A stretch of 64,000 bases of DNA from an uncultured Desulfobacterales bacterium (GCA_964522695.1 CAZFWX010000001.1:1517-65516), one strand, 5' to 3'. Counted from the stretch's first letter, positions 37,841 to 47,950 are shown. Made by a program: numbers and translations. Notes: generated by a model from the letters alone, not told the origin.

Positions 37841-38254
37841 ATGGTCAGCAGCAAGTTTTCGAGACAAGTCGCCATCTTTGTTGTTTTATTTTCATTATTT
37901 GGCATGCTGCACCTTCCCCAGGCCCAGGCCGGCTGCGCGGTGACGGTGAAAAATGAGACCGGCTACGATCTCGTGTTGCTCAAGTACGTGAAAGAGGATG
38001 GCGTCGGCAAGAAGGTGATGGGGCAGACCGCCTTGAAAAAGGGTGGTGCTCATACCTTCAACCTGGGCACTGCGGGCACCTACCGGGCCTACGCCTCCCT
38101 CATGATGGACGGCCAGCTCAAATATGCCAAGGGCAACGCCTACACGGTGAAGGACGGCACCCGGGCCGAACTGAAGTTGCTCAGGGTGGTGGCCAATGAG
38201 AAAGGCAGCTCCATCAGCTTTATCAATCAGGACGAGTTTGACCGCCTCAAATGA
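37841..38254 (+). CDS. Small secreted hypothetical protein inserted between livG and livF
   Basis: Signal peptide ..LHLPQAQA|GC. No family recognised. Flanked by repeat-bearing spacers. Confidence 0.6.
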   Translation: MVSSKFSRQVAIFVVLFSLFGMLHLPQAQAGCAVTVKNETGYDLVLLKYVKEDGVGKKVMGQTALKKGGAHTFNLGTAGTYRAYASLMMDGQLKYAKGNAYTVKDGTRAELKLLRVVANEKGSSISFINQDEFDRLK

Positions 38255-38389
38255 CGGCGTTCCCCCGGCAGGAATGGAAAAGGTTGCCCTTCGGGGTCGC
38301 CCCCTTTGATTAAAATAATTCTATTCCGGCGAAGCCGCGTGGTATGATGGCCTCCCAGGGTTCGCCGGACGGCCGGGCGCATTAACTTT

Positions 38390-39124
38390 ATGCTCAGAAT
38401 CCGCAATCTTTTCGCCTACTACGGATCGGTCACGGCCTTGAGCGGCGTCACCTGCCGGGTCCGGGAGGGCGAGATCGTGGCCCTGATCGGCGCCAACGGC
38501 GCGGGCAAGACCACGCTCCTGAACGCCGTCTGCGGCATGGTGCGCTGGCAGGGCGAGGCCGCCTTCCGGGGGCGCTCCCTGGTCGGACTGGCCCCGGAGG
38601 AGATCGTGGGGCTGGGCATTTCCCAGGTGGCCGAGGGCCGGCAGCTCTTCGCGCCCATGACCGTGGCCGAAAACCTTGAGTTGGGAGCCTACCGCCGCCG
38701 CCGGGAAGCCAAGACCGCGCTGGTCGAAGATCAGGAGCGGGCCTTCACCTTGTTTCCGGTGCTGAAGGAACGCCTGGCCCAAAAAGCCGGCACCCTGAGC
38801 GGGGGCGAACAGCAGATGCTGGCCATCGCCCGGGCCCTCATGGCCCGTCCAAAACTCTTGTTGCTGGATGAGCCTTCTTTAGGTCTTGCACCACTGGTCG
38901 TGGAAACCATTTTGGCCACCCTGGGGGATCTTAGGGCTGCGGGGATGACCATTTTGCTGGTGGAGCAAAACGCCCGGGCCGCGCTCAAGGTGGCGGACCG
39001 GGCCTATGTCCTGGAAACCGGGCGCATTATGCTGTCCGGGGCGGCCGCGGATCTGTTGGCGGACCGCCAGGTGACCCGGGCCTATCTGGGACGGGACTAC
39101 AAAGAATTCACCGAAGGGAGGTGA
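38390..39124 (+). CDS. livF: ABC ATP-binding protein LivF
   Basis: Walker A GANGAGKTT, signature LSGGEQQMLAIARAL, Walker B LLLLDEP. Confidence 0.9.
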   Translation: MLRIRNLFAYYGSVTALSGVTCRVREGEIVALIGANGAGKTTLLNAVCGMVRWQGEAAFRGRSLVGLAPEEIVGLGISQVAEGRQLFAPMTVAENLELGAYRRRREAKTALVEDQERAFTLFPVLKERLAQKAGTLSGGEQQMLAIARALMARPKLLLLDEPSLGLAPLVVETILATLGDLRAAGMTILLVEQNARAALKVADRAYVLETGRIMLSGAAADLLADRQVTRAYLGRDYKEFTEGR

Positions 39125-40377
39125 GGTTCGTGCGGCAGCCGGAATTCGAGGCCATGGAACCGGAGGAGTTGGAACTGCTGCAACTGGAGCGCCTGCAAAG
39201 CAGCCTCACCCGGGCCTACCGCCAGGTGAAATTTTACCGCCGCCAGTTCGAGCAGACGGGTTTGCGACCTCAGGATATCCAGTCCCTGGGCGACCTGGCC
39301 CGCCTGCCTTTCACCAGCCGGGAGGACCTCTCGGAGAACTACCCCTACGGCCTGTTCGCCGTGCCCCTTAGGGACATCGTGCGCATCCTCTCCTCGCCCG
39401 GCACCACCGATAAGCCCCTGGTGGTGGGTTACACCTCCCAGGACGTCAAACTCTGGCTGGAACTGCTGGCCCGCCTGTACACCGCCGCGGGGGTCACCCG
39501 GGAGGACATTGTCCAGCTCATCCTGCCGCCGGGGCTCGCCAACTGGCGACGGGACTTCCAGGCCGGGGCCGAATACCTGGGGGCTTCGGTCATTCCGGCG
39601 GCTACTTTAAATTTTGCCAAGGAACTCATGGTCTTGAGGGATTACAAGACCTCGGTCCTGGTCACCACCCCGCCCTTAGCCCGGCACCTGCTCACGGTGA
39701 TGGAGCAGATGGAGCTCATGCCCGCGGACTTAAGCCTCAAGAAGGTCCTGCTGGTGGCCGCGCCTTTAACGCCCATGGTGCGCCGGGAAATTGAAGAAGG
39801 CCTCCAGGTGCGGGCCGCCAGCGCCTACGGCATCACCGAAGTCATGGGGCCGGGCCTGGCCTACGGCTGCGAGGTTGATGAGGGCCTGCATTTCTCGGCC
39901 GACCATTTCTTCCCGGAAATTGTCGATCCGGTGACGGGCGCACCTTTGCCTGCGGGAGCCGAAGGCGAGCTGGTGATCACCACCCTGTCCACTCTGGCCG
40001 TGCCCCTGGTACGCTTTAAAAGCGGCGACCGGGCCCGGCTGGAGACGGAGCCCTGTCTCTGCGGCCGCACCCTGGTGCGCCTGGCCGAAGTGCGGGGGCG
40101 GGTGGACGCCATCTTCTCCGTAGGCGGCATCAAGGTCCATCCCCGGCAGATCAGCGCCCTGTTGGCCGAGGCCCTGGGGGGGGAGGCCCCCGAGTTCCAC
40201 TACCAGGTGGTCACCGAGGCGGGTCTGGAGGTCCTGGACCTGGAACTCACCGTGGCTGAGTCTTTCTTCTCGGATGAAATCAAAGCCCTGGAAGGCCTGT
40301 GCCGCAAGGTCAGGCGGCATTTCCAGGACCACCTGGGCTTAAACGCCCGCATTACGTTAAGGGAAATGACCCCCTAG
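39121..40377 (+). CDS. Divergent PaaK-like CoA ligase paralog (degenerate AMP-binding loop)
   Basis: N-terminus is collinear with paaK (FYRRQFEQTGLRPQDIQSLGDLARLPFTSREDLSENYPYGLFA), but the loop reads SSPGTTDKP instead of SSGTTGKP. Confidence 0.8.
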   Translation: MRFVRQPEFEAMEPEELELLQLERLQSSLTRAYRQVKFYRRQFEQTGLRPQDIQSLGDLARLPFTSREDLSENYPYGLFAVPLRDIVRILSSPGTTDKPLVVGYTSQDVKLWLELLARLYTAAGVTREDIVQLILPPGLANWRRDFQAGAEYLGASVIPAATLNFAKELMVLRDYKTSVLVTTPPLARHLLTVMEQMELMPADLSLKKVLLVAAPLTPMVRREIEEGLQVRAASAYGITEVMGPGLAYGCEVDEGLHFSADHFFPEIVDPVTGAPLPAGAEGELVITTLSTLAVPLVRFKSGDRARLETEPCLCGRTLVRLAEVRGRVDAIFSVGGIKVHPRQISALLAEALGGEAPEFHYQVVTEAGLEVLDLELTVAESFFSDEIKALEGLCRKVRRHFQDHLGLNARITLREMTP

Positions 40378-40556
40378 AGGTAATGCTGGTCAACAGCGAA
40401 TCCTCTCTGGGGGCGAGGTCCCTTCGCCCAGCTTGCAGGGGAAGGACAAAGCGGGGGGCCCTACGGCAACCAGGCATTATCAAGGCCGAAAGGAAATGCC
40501 TGGTGTTTAATGGGACTGTTTAGCAAAACCGAATAATATTTTCTGAGACCACTATT

Positions 40557-40579
40557 CCCCCTCCCCTCGGGGGAGGGGG
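40557..40579. repeat. 10-bp perfect GC hairpin (CCCCCTCCCC-tcg-GGGGAGGGGG)
   Basis: Read directly from the sequence. Related to family B. Confidence 0.5.
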
Positions 40580-40634
40580 TCAGGGGGATGAGGCTTTTTC
40601 CCGGCACCCAATAATCCTGCCGCAGAATTTGCCG

Positions 40635-40670
40635 CCCCCACCCCAGCCCTCCCCATCCAGGGGGAGGGAG
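40635..40670 (+). repeat. Family-B GC hairpin repeat copy (CCCCCACCCCAGCCCTCCCC-atccag-GGGGAGGGAG)
   Basis: Near-identical to 21020-21057. Confidence 0.6.
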
Positions 40671-40778
40671 AATCTGACCGATTAGCCCAGGGAAATGGAA
40701 AAGCCTTGCACGAAAAGACATGCTGATGGCAGTTTCCTGATCTCATTGGGCCGGCCACTTTTATTAAAGGAGGTACGT

Positions 40779-41921
40779 ATGAAACGTACTCATTGGTTCA
40801 TGGTTTTGGCATTGGTCCTGGGCGCCTGCCTCGTCGCCGGCCTGGGCTGCGGGGAAAAGAAAAGCACCAAGGTCGGCTCGGTGCTGCGCCTGTCCATCGG
40901 CGCCGAACACGGCATCCCCTCCAAACGGGGCGTGCTCATGGCCGTGGAGGAAGTGAACCAGGCCGGCGGCATCAACGGCATGAAGGTGGAGGCCGTGGTG
41001 GAGGACGAGAAGGACTCCCCCACCACCGGCGTCAACGCGGTGCAGAAGCTCATCAACGTGGACAAGGTCATCGCCATGGTGGGGCCCATGACGTCGGGCG
41101 CGGCCTCGGCGGCGGCCAAAACTGCGGAAGAAGCCAAAGTGGTGATGGTGACCCCCACCGCCACCACTCCCAAATTGAGCGGCATCGGCCAGTATGTCTA
41201 CCGGGGCTGCTCCCGCATCGACACCCAGTCCCAGGTGATGACCCAGTACATCGCCGAGAAGCTCAAGCCCAAAACCGTGGCCATTCTGTTCAGCAATGAG
41301 CCCTATGGCAAGGGCTGCGCCGAGGCCTTCGGCAAGGACTTCGCCAAGGTGGGCATCCAGGTGGTGGCCACCGAGTCCTTCAACCGGGGCTCCCGGGACT
41401 TTAAAAGCGAGCTGACTAAGATCAAGGAAAAGAATCCGGATATTCTCTTCATCCCCGGCTACACCCCGGAAACCGCGCCCGCCGCGGCCCAGGCCCGGCA
41501 GTTGGGCATGAACCAGAAGATCATCGGCGTCTACGGCGACATGGACCCGGTCTACGCCCAGCTGGCCGGCGCGGCCGCAGAAGGCCACCTCATCAACGGG
41601 GAGTACGACGAAGATTACGACACCCCCAAGAACAAGAAATTCCGGGAAGCCTACTATGCCAAGGCCAAAGAGGCCAAAGAGCCGGTGAACATCATGTTCG
41701 CGGCCCTGTGCTATGATTCGGCTTCCCTGATTCTGGAGGGCATCAAGAAAAACGGCCCCACCAGCGAGGGCGTCAAGAAGTTTCTGGACACGGTGAAGGA
41801 CTTCGACGGCGTGACTGGCAAGCTCTCCTTTGACGACAAGCACGACGTGGTGCGCAGCGGCAGCAAAGGCGGCGTCTACCTCTTCGAAATCAAAAACGGC
41901 AAGTACGTCAAGGTGCAATAG
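40779..41921 (+). CDS. Second LivK-type periplasmic substrate-binding lipoprotein
   Basis: Lipobox LVAGLG|C. RBS AAGGAGG. Peripla_BP_6-like motifs (AMVGPMTSG). Confidence 0.85.
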   Translation: MKRTHWFMVLALVLGACLVAGLGCGEKKSTKVGSVLRLSIGAEHGIPSKRGVLMAVEEVNQAGGINGMKVEAVVEDEKDSPTTGVNAVQKLINVDKVIAMVGPMTSGAASAAAKTAEEAKVVMVTPTATTPKLSGIGQYVYRGCSRIDTQSQVMTQYIAEKLKPKTVAILFSNEPYGKGCAEAFGKDFAKVGIQVVATESFNRGSRDFKSELTKIKEKNPDILFIPGYTPETAPAAAQARQLGMNQKIIGVYGDMDPVYAQLAGAAAEGHLINGEYDEDYDTPKNKKFREAYYAKAKEAKEPVNIMFAALCYDSASLILEGIKKNGPTSEGVKKFLDTVKDFDGVTGKLSFDDKHDVVRSGSKGGVYLFEIKNGKYVKVQ

Positions 41922-41933
41922 TTCCGAAATATT

Positions 41934-41978
41934 CCGGGGAGATGGCGGCGCCTGGCCCCCATCTCCCCGGCCTTTTCG
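41934..41978 (+). terminator. Rho-independent terminator after the second livK-like gene
   Basis: 12-bp perfect stem CCGGGGAGATGG/CCATCTCCCCGG followed by CCTTTTCG. Confidence 0.6.
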
Positions 41979-42089
41979 CCCACCTTACCGGATTTCCCTC
42001 CTTCCCCTTGGGCCGCGGGCTCATGAGATCCTGTTCCCTTATTCCCGTCTCCTCCCTGCTTACTGCTCACCGCTCACTACTCACTGACA

Positions 42090-44837
42090 TCAATGCCGGC
42101 GCCTTAGGGGTTTGGCGGTTTGGCGCAGGACCAGTTTGGTCAGTTCCACCACCGGCCACAGCATGAGCGCCAGGGTGGAGGCCAGGAGCCACTCCCGCAG
42201 ATCCAGGGGGACGACGTGGAAAAGTTTGGCCAGGGGGGGCCACATGACCACGGCCACGATCATGGCCAGGGACAGGGCCACCGCGCCCATGAGATAGCGG
42301 TTGGTGAAGAACCCCACCCGGAACAGGGAATGGGAGTCCGAGCGGCAGTTGAACGCGGCCACCATCTCCGTCAACACCAGGGTGACGAAGACCATGGTCT
42401 GGGCCCGGACCAAAGACAGCTCCGGCTGGCCGCTGATGGCCAAAAAGCCGTGGCAATAGGAATGAAACAGGGGAATGAGGATGATGGTGAGATAGGAGGC
42501 GATCACCATCTGCAGGACCACCACGGGCATGGTGAACACGCCCTCCTCGGGAGGCCGGGGGGGCCGGGACATGAGGTCCGGGGCCTTGGGGTCCACCCCC
42601 AGGGCCAGGGCCGGCAGGCCGTCGGTGGTGAGATTCACCCAGAGGATCTGCAAGGCGATGAGGGGCAGGGGCATCCCCAGGGCAAAGGCGCCGGTGAGCA
42701 CCATGATTTCCCCCAGGTTGGCGCTCAACAGAAAGATCAGGTATTTTTTGATGTTGTCATAGATGGCCCGGCCTTCCTCCACTGCGGCCACCAGGGTGGC
42801 GAAATTGTCGTCGGCCAGGATCATGTCCGCGGTCTCCTTGGTGACTTGGGAGCCGGTGATGCCCATGGCCACGCCGATGTCCGCCCTTTTCAGGGCCGGG
42901 GCGTCATTGACGCCGTCGCCGGTCATGGCCACCACGTCCCCCCGGGCTTTCAGCAGGTCCACCAGGCGCAGCTTGTGCTCCGGCGCCACCCGGGCGAAGA
43001 TGACCACGGAATTGAGGGCCGTTTGCAGGTCCTCGTCGCTCATCTGCTCCAGGGCCTGTCCGCTTATCACGGCCCCGGGGGGCGGCGAAGCCCCCACCAG
43101 GCCGATTTCCCGGCCCACGGCCTTGGCGGTGGTGGGATGGTCGCCGGTGACCATGATCACCCGGATGCCGGCTTGGCGGCATTTGGCCAGAGCCTTGAGG
43201 GCCTCGGGCCGGGGCGGGTCAATGAGCCCGGCCAGGCCCACCCACACCAGGCGCTCTCCCCCCTCTTCCAAATTCAGGGACGCCGGCAACTCCTCCATCT
43301 GCCGGTAAGCCAGCCCCAGCACCCGCAAAGCGCCGGCGGCCATGGCCGCGGCCTGATCCATGATGTCCTGGCGGTCCGCGTCGCCCAAAGGCCTTTCGCC
43401 CTGCTCGGTGAGGAGGCGGTCGCAACGGGGCAGGAGGCTTTCCGGCGCGCCCTTGCTGCAGGCCAGAACCCTGCCCGGACTCCCATGAAAGGTGGTCATG
43501 CGTTTGTCTTCGGAGGAAAAGGGGATCTCCCCCACCCGGGGAAAATCCCGGGCCAGGGCTTCCCGGTCCAGGCCGGCTTTCAGGGCCAGCGTCACCAGGG
43601 CGCCTTCGGTGGGGTCACCCTGCAAATACCAGTCGTCGTCCTGCTCTTCCAGGATGGCATCGTTGCATAAAAGCCCGACACGGGCCGAGGCTTGCAGGAC
43701 CTGGTCCTGAGCCGGATCAATTCTTTGCCCGGCCTGGGTAAAATCGCCCTGGGGGGCGTAGCCCCGGCCGCCCACCTCCACTTCCCGGCCGTCCAGGTAC
43801 AGGCGGCGCACGGTCATCTCATTTTTGGTCAGGGTGCCGGTCTTGTCGGTGCAGATCACCGTGGTGCAGCCCATGGTTTCCACCGCGGGCAGGCGCTTGA
43901 CAATGGCCTGGCGGCGGGCCATGCGGGTGGTGCCGATGGCCAGGGCGCCCGTGACCACCGCGGGCAGGGATTCGGGCACCGCGGCCACGGCCAAGGAGAT
44001 GCCCCAGATGAGCATCTCCAGCCAGGGGTGGCCCTTGATGACCCCGAACGCTGTGGCGCCGGCGCTGATCACGAGGCAGATGACGCTTAACGTCAGGCCG
44101 ATGGTGGCCATGCGGGCTTCCAGGGGCGTCTGCTCCTGGGGCACCTCCCCCAGCATCCGGGCGATGCGGCCGAATTCCGTATTCATGCCCGTGGCGGTGA
44201 CCACGGCCTTGCCCCGGCCGTAGGTGATTACCGTGCCGCCAAAGACCATGCCCTTCTGGTCGGCCAGGGGGAGACCGGCGCGGAGGTCGGCGGCTCCGGT
44301 TTTGTCCACCGCAATGGATTCCCCCGTCAGGATGGCCTCATCGGCTTTGAGGTTGACGGCCTCCAGCAACCGGGCGTCGGCAGCTACTTTGTCCCCGGTG
44401 TGCAGCACCAGGATATCGCCCGGCGCCACCTCCCGGGCCGGGATGACCTGCTCCCGGCCGTCCCGCAGCACCGTGGCCGTGGGCGCGGCCATTGCCATCA
44501 AAGCTGCGGCGGCCCGCTCGGCGCGATACTCCTGAATGAAGCCCAGTATGGTGCAGCCAAAGACGATTACCAGGATGACATAGGCATCCAGATGTTCGCC
44601 CAGAACCAGGGAGAGCCCCGTGGCGGCCAGCAGGATGACGATGAGCAGGTTTTTAAATTGGCGCAGAAAGATGGCCAGTCCGGAAATCTGCCGGGGCGGC
44701 GCCAGTTCGTTGGGTCCATGGAGATTCAGACGCTTTCGGGCTTCGGCCGCGCTTAAGCCGGTGGCCCGAGTGTTTAAGAACGCCAACGCCTGTTCCGCAG
44801 TCAAATTATAGGCCGGAGGACTGTCTTTATGGTGCAA
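42090..44837 (-). CDS. P-type (P2, SERCA/PMCA-like) cation-transporting ATPase
   Basis: DKTGTLT phosphorylation motif, TGES, PESLPAV, TGDGVNDAPALK. Confidence 0.9.
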   Translation of the reverse strand: MHHKDSPPAYNLTAEQALAFLNTRATGLSAAEARKRLNLHGPNELAPPRQISGLAIFLRQFKNLLIVILLAATGLSLVLGEHLDAYVILVIVFGCTILGFIQEYRAERAAAALMAMAAPTATVLRDGREQVIPAREVAPGDILVLHTGDKVAADARLLEAVNLKADEAILTGESIAVDKTGAADLRAGLPLADQKGMVFGGTVITYGRGKAVVTATGMNTEFGRIARMLGEVPQEQTPLEARMATIGLTLSVICLVISAGATAFGVIKGHPWLEMLIWGISLAVAAVPESLPAVVTGALAIGTTRMARRQAIVKRLPAVETMGCTTVICTDKTGTLTKNEMTVRRLYLDGREVEVGGRGYAPQGDFTQAGQRIDPAQDQVLQASARVGLLCNDAILEEQDDDWYLQGDPTEGALVTLALKAGLDREALARDFPRVGEIPFSSEDKRMTTFHGSPGRVLACSKGAPESLLPRCDRLLTEQGERPLGDADRQDIMDQAAAMAAGALRVLGLAYRQMEELPASLNLEEGGERLVWVGLAGLIDPPRPEALKALAKCRQAGIRVIMVTGDHPTTAKAVGREIGLVGASPPPGAVISGQALEQMSDEDLQTALNSVVIFARVAPEHKLRLVDLLKARGDVVAMTGDGVNDAPALKRADIGVAMGITGSQVTKETADMILADDNFATLVAAVEEGRAIYDNIKKYLIFLLSANLGEIMVLTGAFALGMPLPLIALQILWVNLTTDGLPALALGVDPKAPDLMSRPPRPPEEGVFTMPVVVLQMVIASYLTIILIPLFHSYCHGFLAISGQPELSLVRAQTMVFVTLVLTEMVAAFNCRSDSHSLFRVGFFTNRYLMGAVALSLAMIVAVVMWPPLAKLFHVVPLDLREWLLASTLALMLWPVVELTKLVLRQTAKPLRRRH

Positions 44838-45150
44838 GCCTGCCCCCTTGCAATGTTTATTTGATAGTAAAGGGCAACGCGGCGATTGTCCAGTTGCGCC
44901 TGACAGGAAGGGGGGAAAGGGCAGGCGGTTGAATCAGCTAAACCTGGGGCGTCCGGAAATCATGGATATGGGAGCAGGTGGGGATAACCTGACAATTCCT
45001 TGGGTCAGTCAGGCAAAAAGAAGATAGATCTTGCCGGAGGAGCCGACATCACGCCCGGAGGCGAGGAAAAGCGCTGATTTTCTTGAGAGACGCCCGGCGT
45101 TGCCTTTCAGAAAGAGCTTAACAGAGTCGCCATGTCAAATCGGCCAAATT

Positions 45151-45185
45151 CTCCCTCCCCCTGATGAAAGAGGGCTGGGGTGGTG
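45151..45185 (-). repeat. Family-B GC hairpin repeat, degenerate reverse-orientation copy
   Basis: Its reverse complement CACCACCCCAGCCCTCTTTCATCAGGGGGAGGGAG aligns with 21020-21057. Confidence 0.5.
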
Positions 45186-45324
45186 TTAATAGTTTTTCAA
45201 TAGATTTCCCTATCTTGCAAACTCAGCTCCCCCTGCCCCCAAACCCCTCCCGCCAGGGGAGGGGGAGAATAGAGGGCCGATAATTTTGTCAGGAAATCCT
45301 GAAACGCCAGACTATGAATAGGGA

Positions 45325-45780
45325 TCATTTCTTACCCCGGTAATATCCTCCTCCACCTTTGTGGCCCGGGACTGTCCCTCCCTTGGGGATACCGCCCTTG
45401 GGAGAGTAAACGCCGCCGCCCTTTCCGGCCGGCTGGCCGCCCCGATAGACGGGGGTCTTGCTTTTATCATAGAAGATCCTGCCTTTATCATAACGGTAGG
45501 AGTGAGGGTAATAATAATATTGATTATAAGGATAATAATAACGAAAGGGGGAATTATAATAATAGTTGTAACTGTAGGGATATGTGGTATCATAGGGATA
45601 ATAAGAACCATAATCAGAATAAGCGACACAGGACATGAGATTGAGAGTGAATAAAAATGCAAAAAGAATGTAAAGAGTATTTATCAGATTAAAATAGTCT
45701 CCGTCCGCATCTTTGGCGGCAGTTATTCCACGCCTCTCCTCCCACTGTTGCGGAGCGCCGTGCATTGCATACCTCCTCAT
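45325..45780 (-). CDS. Tyrosine-rich, Gly/Lys-tailed low-complexity exported protein (possible lipoprotein)
   Basis: Hydrophobic leader ending LNLMS|C. The mature part is about 26% Tyr by manual count (YYPYDTTYPYSYNYYYNSPFRYYYPYNQYYYYPHSYRY), followed by a GGxxGK-rich tail. The locally AT-rich DNA is explained by TAT/AAT codons. Confidence 0.55.
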   Translation of the reverse strand: MRRYAMHGAPQQWEERRGITAAKDADGDYFNLINTLYILFAFLFTLNLMSCVAYSDYGSYYPYDTTYPYSYNYYYNSPFRYYYPYNQYYYYPHSYRYDKGRIFYDKSKTPVYRGGQPAGKGGGVYSPKGGIPKGGTVPGHKGGGGYYRGKK

Positions 45781-46149
45781 CCCCTTACTCAGGACTGGAG
45801 TAAGAAACCAAGCCGTTGGCCGGATCAGCCACCGGCTGAGTCAGTCTCAGGCCGATGGAGCAACCCCCGGGCTTTAGCCCTGTCCGGAGGGCTATTTCAC
45901 CTAACCGGCCATTCAGGGGGCGCGAAATATCTGCGCGTAATTCAAAAATAAATCCTTAAACAAATAATTCAATGGGGGGGAGGCCGCTTGCTGAACCGGG
46001 AGGTCAAACGGTCTGTTCAAGTCCTGATTGGGTGAGTCATGCCGGAAACGGGGAGACGAAAATCTCCCGACGCCCTGGCATTTGCCGGCTGTGAGACTTA
46101 TCAGATAAGCAGGTTCCGGGAGAAGGCGGGAAAAAGGAGGAATGCACCC

Positions 46150-46593
46150 ATGACCAAGAAGGGCTGGTGGCTGGCAGGAGGCCTGATATTGTTGGCGGCG
46201 ACTCTTGCGCCCGCCGCGTGGGGGCAACCGGCAGAACCGCCCCAAGGCTGCCCGCCGGGGATACAGGGGGAGAAGCTGATCAAAGAGTTGAACCTGTCTC
46301 CGGAGAAGGCCCAGGCATTCATGGGGCTGTGCGGCAAATACGACAAGATCCGGAGAGAAATCAGGGAGGCCATGACAGCCCACGAAGAGGCCCTGGCGAA
46401 GGTCCTGGCCGCAGCTCAGCCGGATGAAGCCAAAGTCAAGGAACTGGTGGCCGCCATCGCCCAGGACCATGAAAGGCTATTCGACACCTTCAAGGCCCAG
46501 CGCCGGGAGGAAATGGCCCTTTTGACCACCGTGCAGCAGGGAAAATTCATCCTGGTCCTCAAGAAATGGCACGATGACATGAGGAAGCCGTAG
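46150..46593 (+). CDS. Periplasmic Spy/CpxP/ZraP-like (LTxxQ) protein
   Basis: Signal peptide ..APAAWG|Q. All-helical, charged sequence with LTTVQ. RBS AAGGAGG. Confidence 0.65.
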   Translation: MTKKGWWLAGGLILLAATLAPAAWGQPAEPPQGCPPGIQGEKLIKELNLSPEKAQAFMGLCGKYDKIRREIREAMTAHEEALAKVLAAAQPDEAKVKELVAAIAQDHERLFDTFKAQRREEMALLTTVQQGKFILVLKKWHDDMRKP

Positions 46594-46697
46594 ATCGCCC
46601 GGATTTTTGCTGGTCCCCTCACGCGCCCCCAGAAATTCCTGGCTGGGGACTGGGCAGTCGTAAGCCCTGGCCCCCCTGGCCATTTGCCAATCCCGGC

Positions 46698-47825
46698 TCA
46701 CTTCTTCTCAAAAAGGGGCAGGTACTTGCCGTAACCATCCTTTTCCAGGTCTTCTTTGGGAATGAAACGCAGGGCGGCGGAGTTCATGCAGTACCTTAAG
46801 CCTGTGGGCTTAGGGCCGTCTGGGAAGACGTGGCCGAGATGCGAGCCGCCGTGTTTGCTGCGCACCTCGATGCGTTTGGAAAAGAGCTTCCAGTCGTCCT
46901 TCTCCACGATGTTGCCGGGCTCAAGCGGCTTGGTGAAGCTGGGCCAGCCAGTGCCGGAGTCATACTTGTCCAGCGATGAGAACAGCGGCTCGCCCGAGAC
47001 GATGTCCACGTAGATCCCTTCCCGTTTGTTGTCCCAGTATTCGTTCTGAAAAGGCGGTTCTGTGCCCTCTTCCTGGGTCACCTTGTATTGCAGGGGGGTC
47101 AGCTTTTTGCGCAATTCGGCCTCGCTGGGTTTCTTAAAGCCGGGGTTGCCGGGGGCCTGGGCGGCAGGCTTGCCTGCCTTGCCCCAGGTCCCTTCCAGGA
47201 ACTGATCCCGGCCAGAGTTATGGCGGTAGTACTTGTACCGCAGAGGGTTTTTCCTGTAGTAGTCCTGGTGATAATCTTCGGCCCGGTAAAATGTGCTGAA
47301 GGGCAGGATCTCGGTGACAATGGGCCTGGTAAAGCGCCCGGATTTCTCCAACTCTTTTTTGGATTCCTCGGCCAGCCGCTTTTGCCCGGCGTCATGGTGG
47401 AAAATGACGCTGCGGTATTGACGCCCCCGGTCCACGAATTGCCCGCCGGCATCCGTGGGGTCCACATGCCGCCAGAAGTAGTCCAGCAATTCCTGGTAGG
47501 AGACTTTGCGGGGATCGTAGCGCACCTGGATGACCTCCACATACCCCTTCCGGGCGTAATCCTCATAGGTGGGATTGGCCCCGTCGCCCCCCGCATAGCC
47601 GGACACGGCCTCCACCACGCCGGGCAGTTTTTCAAAGTCGGATTCGGTGCACCAGAAACAGCCGCCGGCAAACGTGGCGACTTCGAGTTGTGACTGTCCT
47701 TCCGGCATGCCGCCTCCCTGCCCAGGTTGCTGCTTCGCTGCGGCCGCAGCGTTGGAGGCCCGTGTCAGAGCTAACCCGCCCATAACGGCCAGCGCCAAAA
47801 AAGAAATCAGCAAAAAATTTTTCAT
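46698..47825 (-). CDS. msrAB: Exported bifunctional peptide-methionine sulfoxide reductase MsrA-MsrB
   Basis: Signal peptide. MsrA motif GGCFWC. MsrB motifs GTGWPSF and RYCMNS. Confidence 0.9.
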   Translation of the reverse strand: MKNFLLISFLALAVMGGLALTRASNAAAAAKQQPGQGGGMPEGQSQLEVATFAGGCFWCTESDFEKLPGVVEAVSGYAGGDGANPTYEDYARKGYVEVIQVRYDPRKVSYQELLDYFWRHVDPTDAGGQFVDRGRQYRSVIFHHDAGQKRLAEESKKELEKSGRFTRPIVTEILPFSTFYRAEDYHQDYYRKNPLRYKYYRHNSGRDQFLEGTWGKAGKPAAQAPGNPGFKKPSEAELRKKLTPLQYKVTQEEGTEPPFQNEYWDNKREGIYVDIVSGEPLFSSLDKYDSGTGWPSFTKPLEPGNIVEKDDWKLFSKRIEVRSKHGGSHLGHVFPDGPKPTGLRYCMNSAALRFIPKEDLEKDGYGKYLPLFEKK

Positions 47826-47950
47826 GAAAACGTCTTCGCGCGAAACTCCCCGGCCGGCATCCGGCAGGGGCGGGTTCTTTCAAAGGAAGGAGCAAAAGGG
47901 CTGCCCCGCGCCTCTTGCTCCTTCCAACCCATACACTCCCAAGGAAAATC

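Noticed and set aside
44838-45300. M-box (Mg2+) riboswitch in the leader of the P-type ATPase
   Set aside because: The only M-box-like string (GAGAGACGCC at about 45085) is on the plus strand, which is antisense to the ATPase. The other conserved blocks (GTTAGGTGAGGCT, CAATGGGTCAACAG) are absent.
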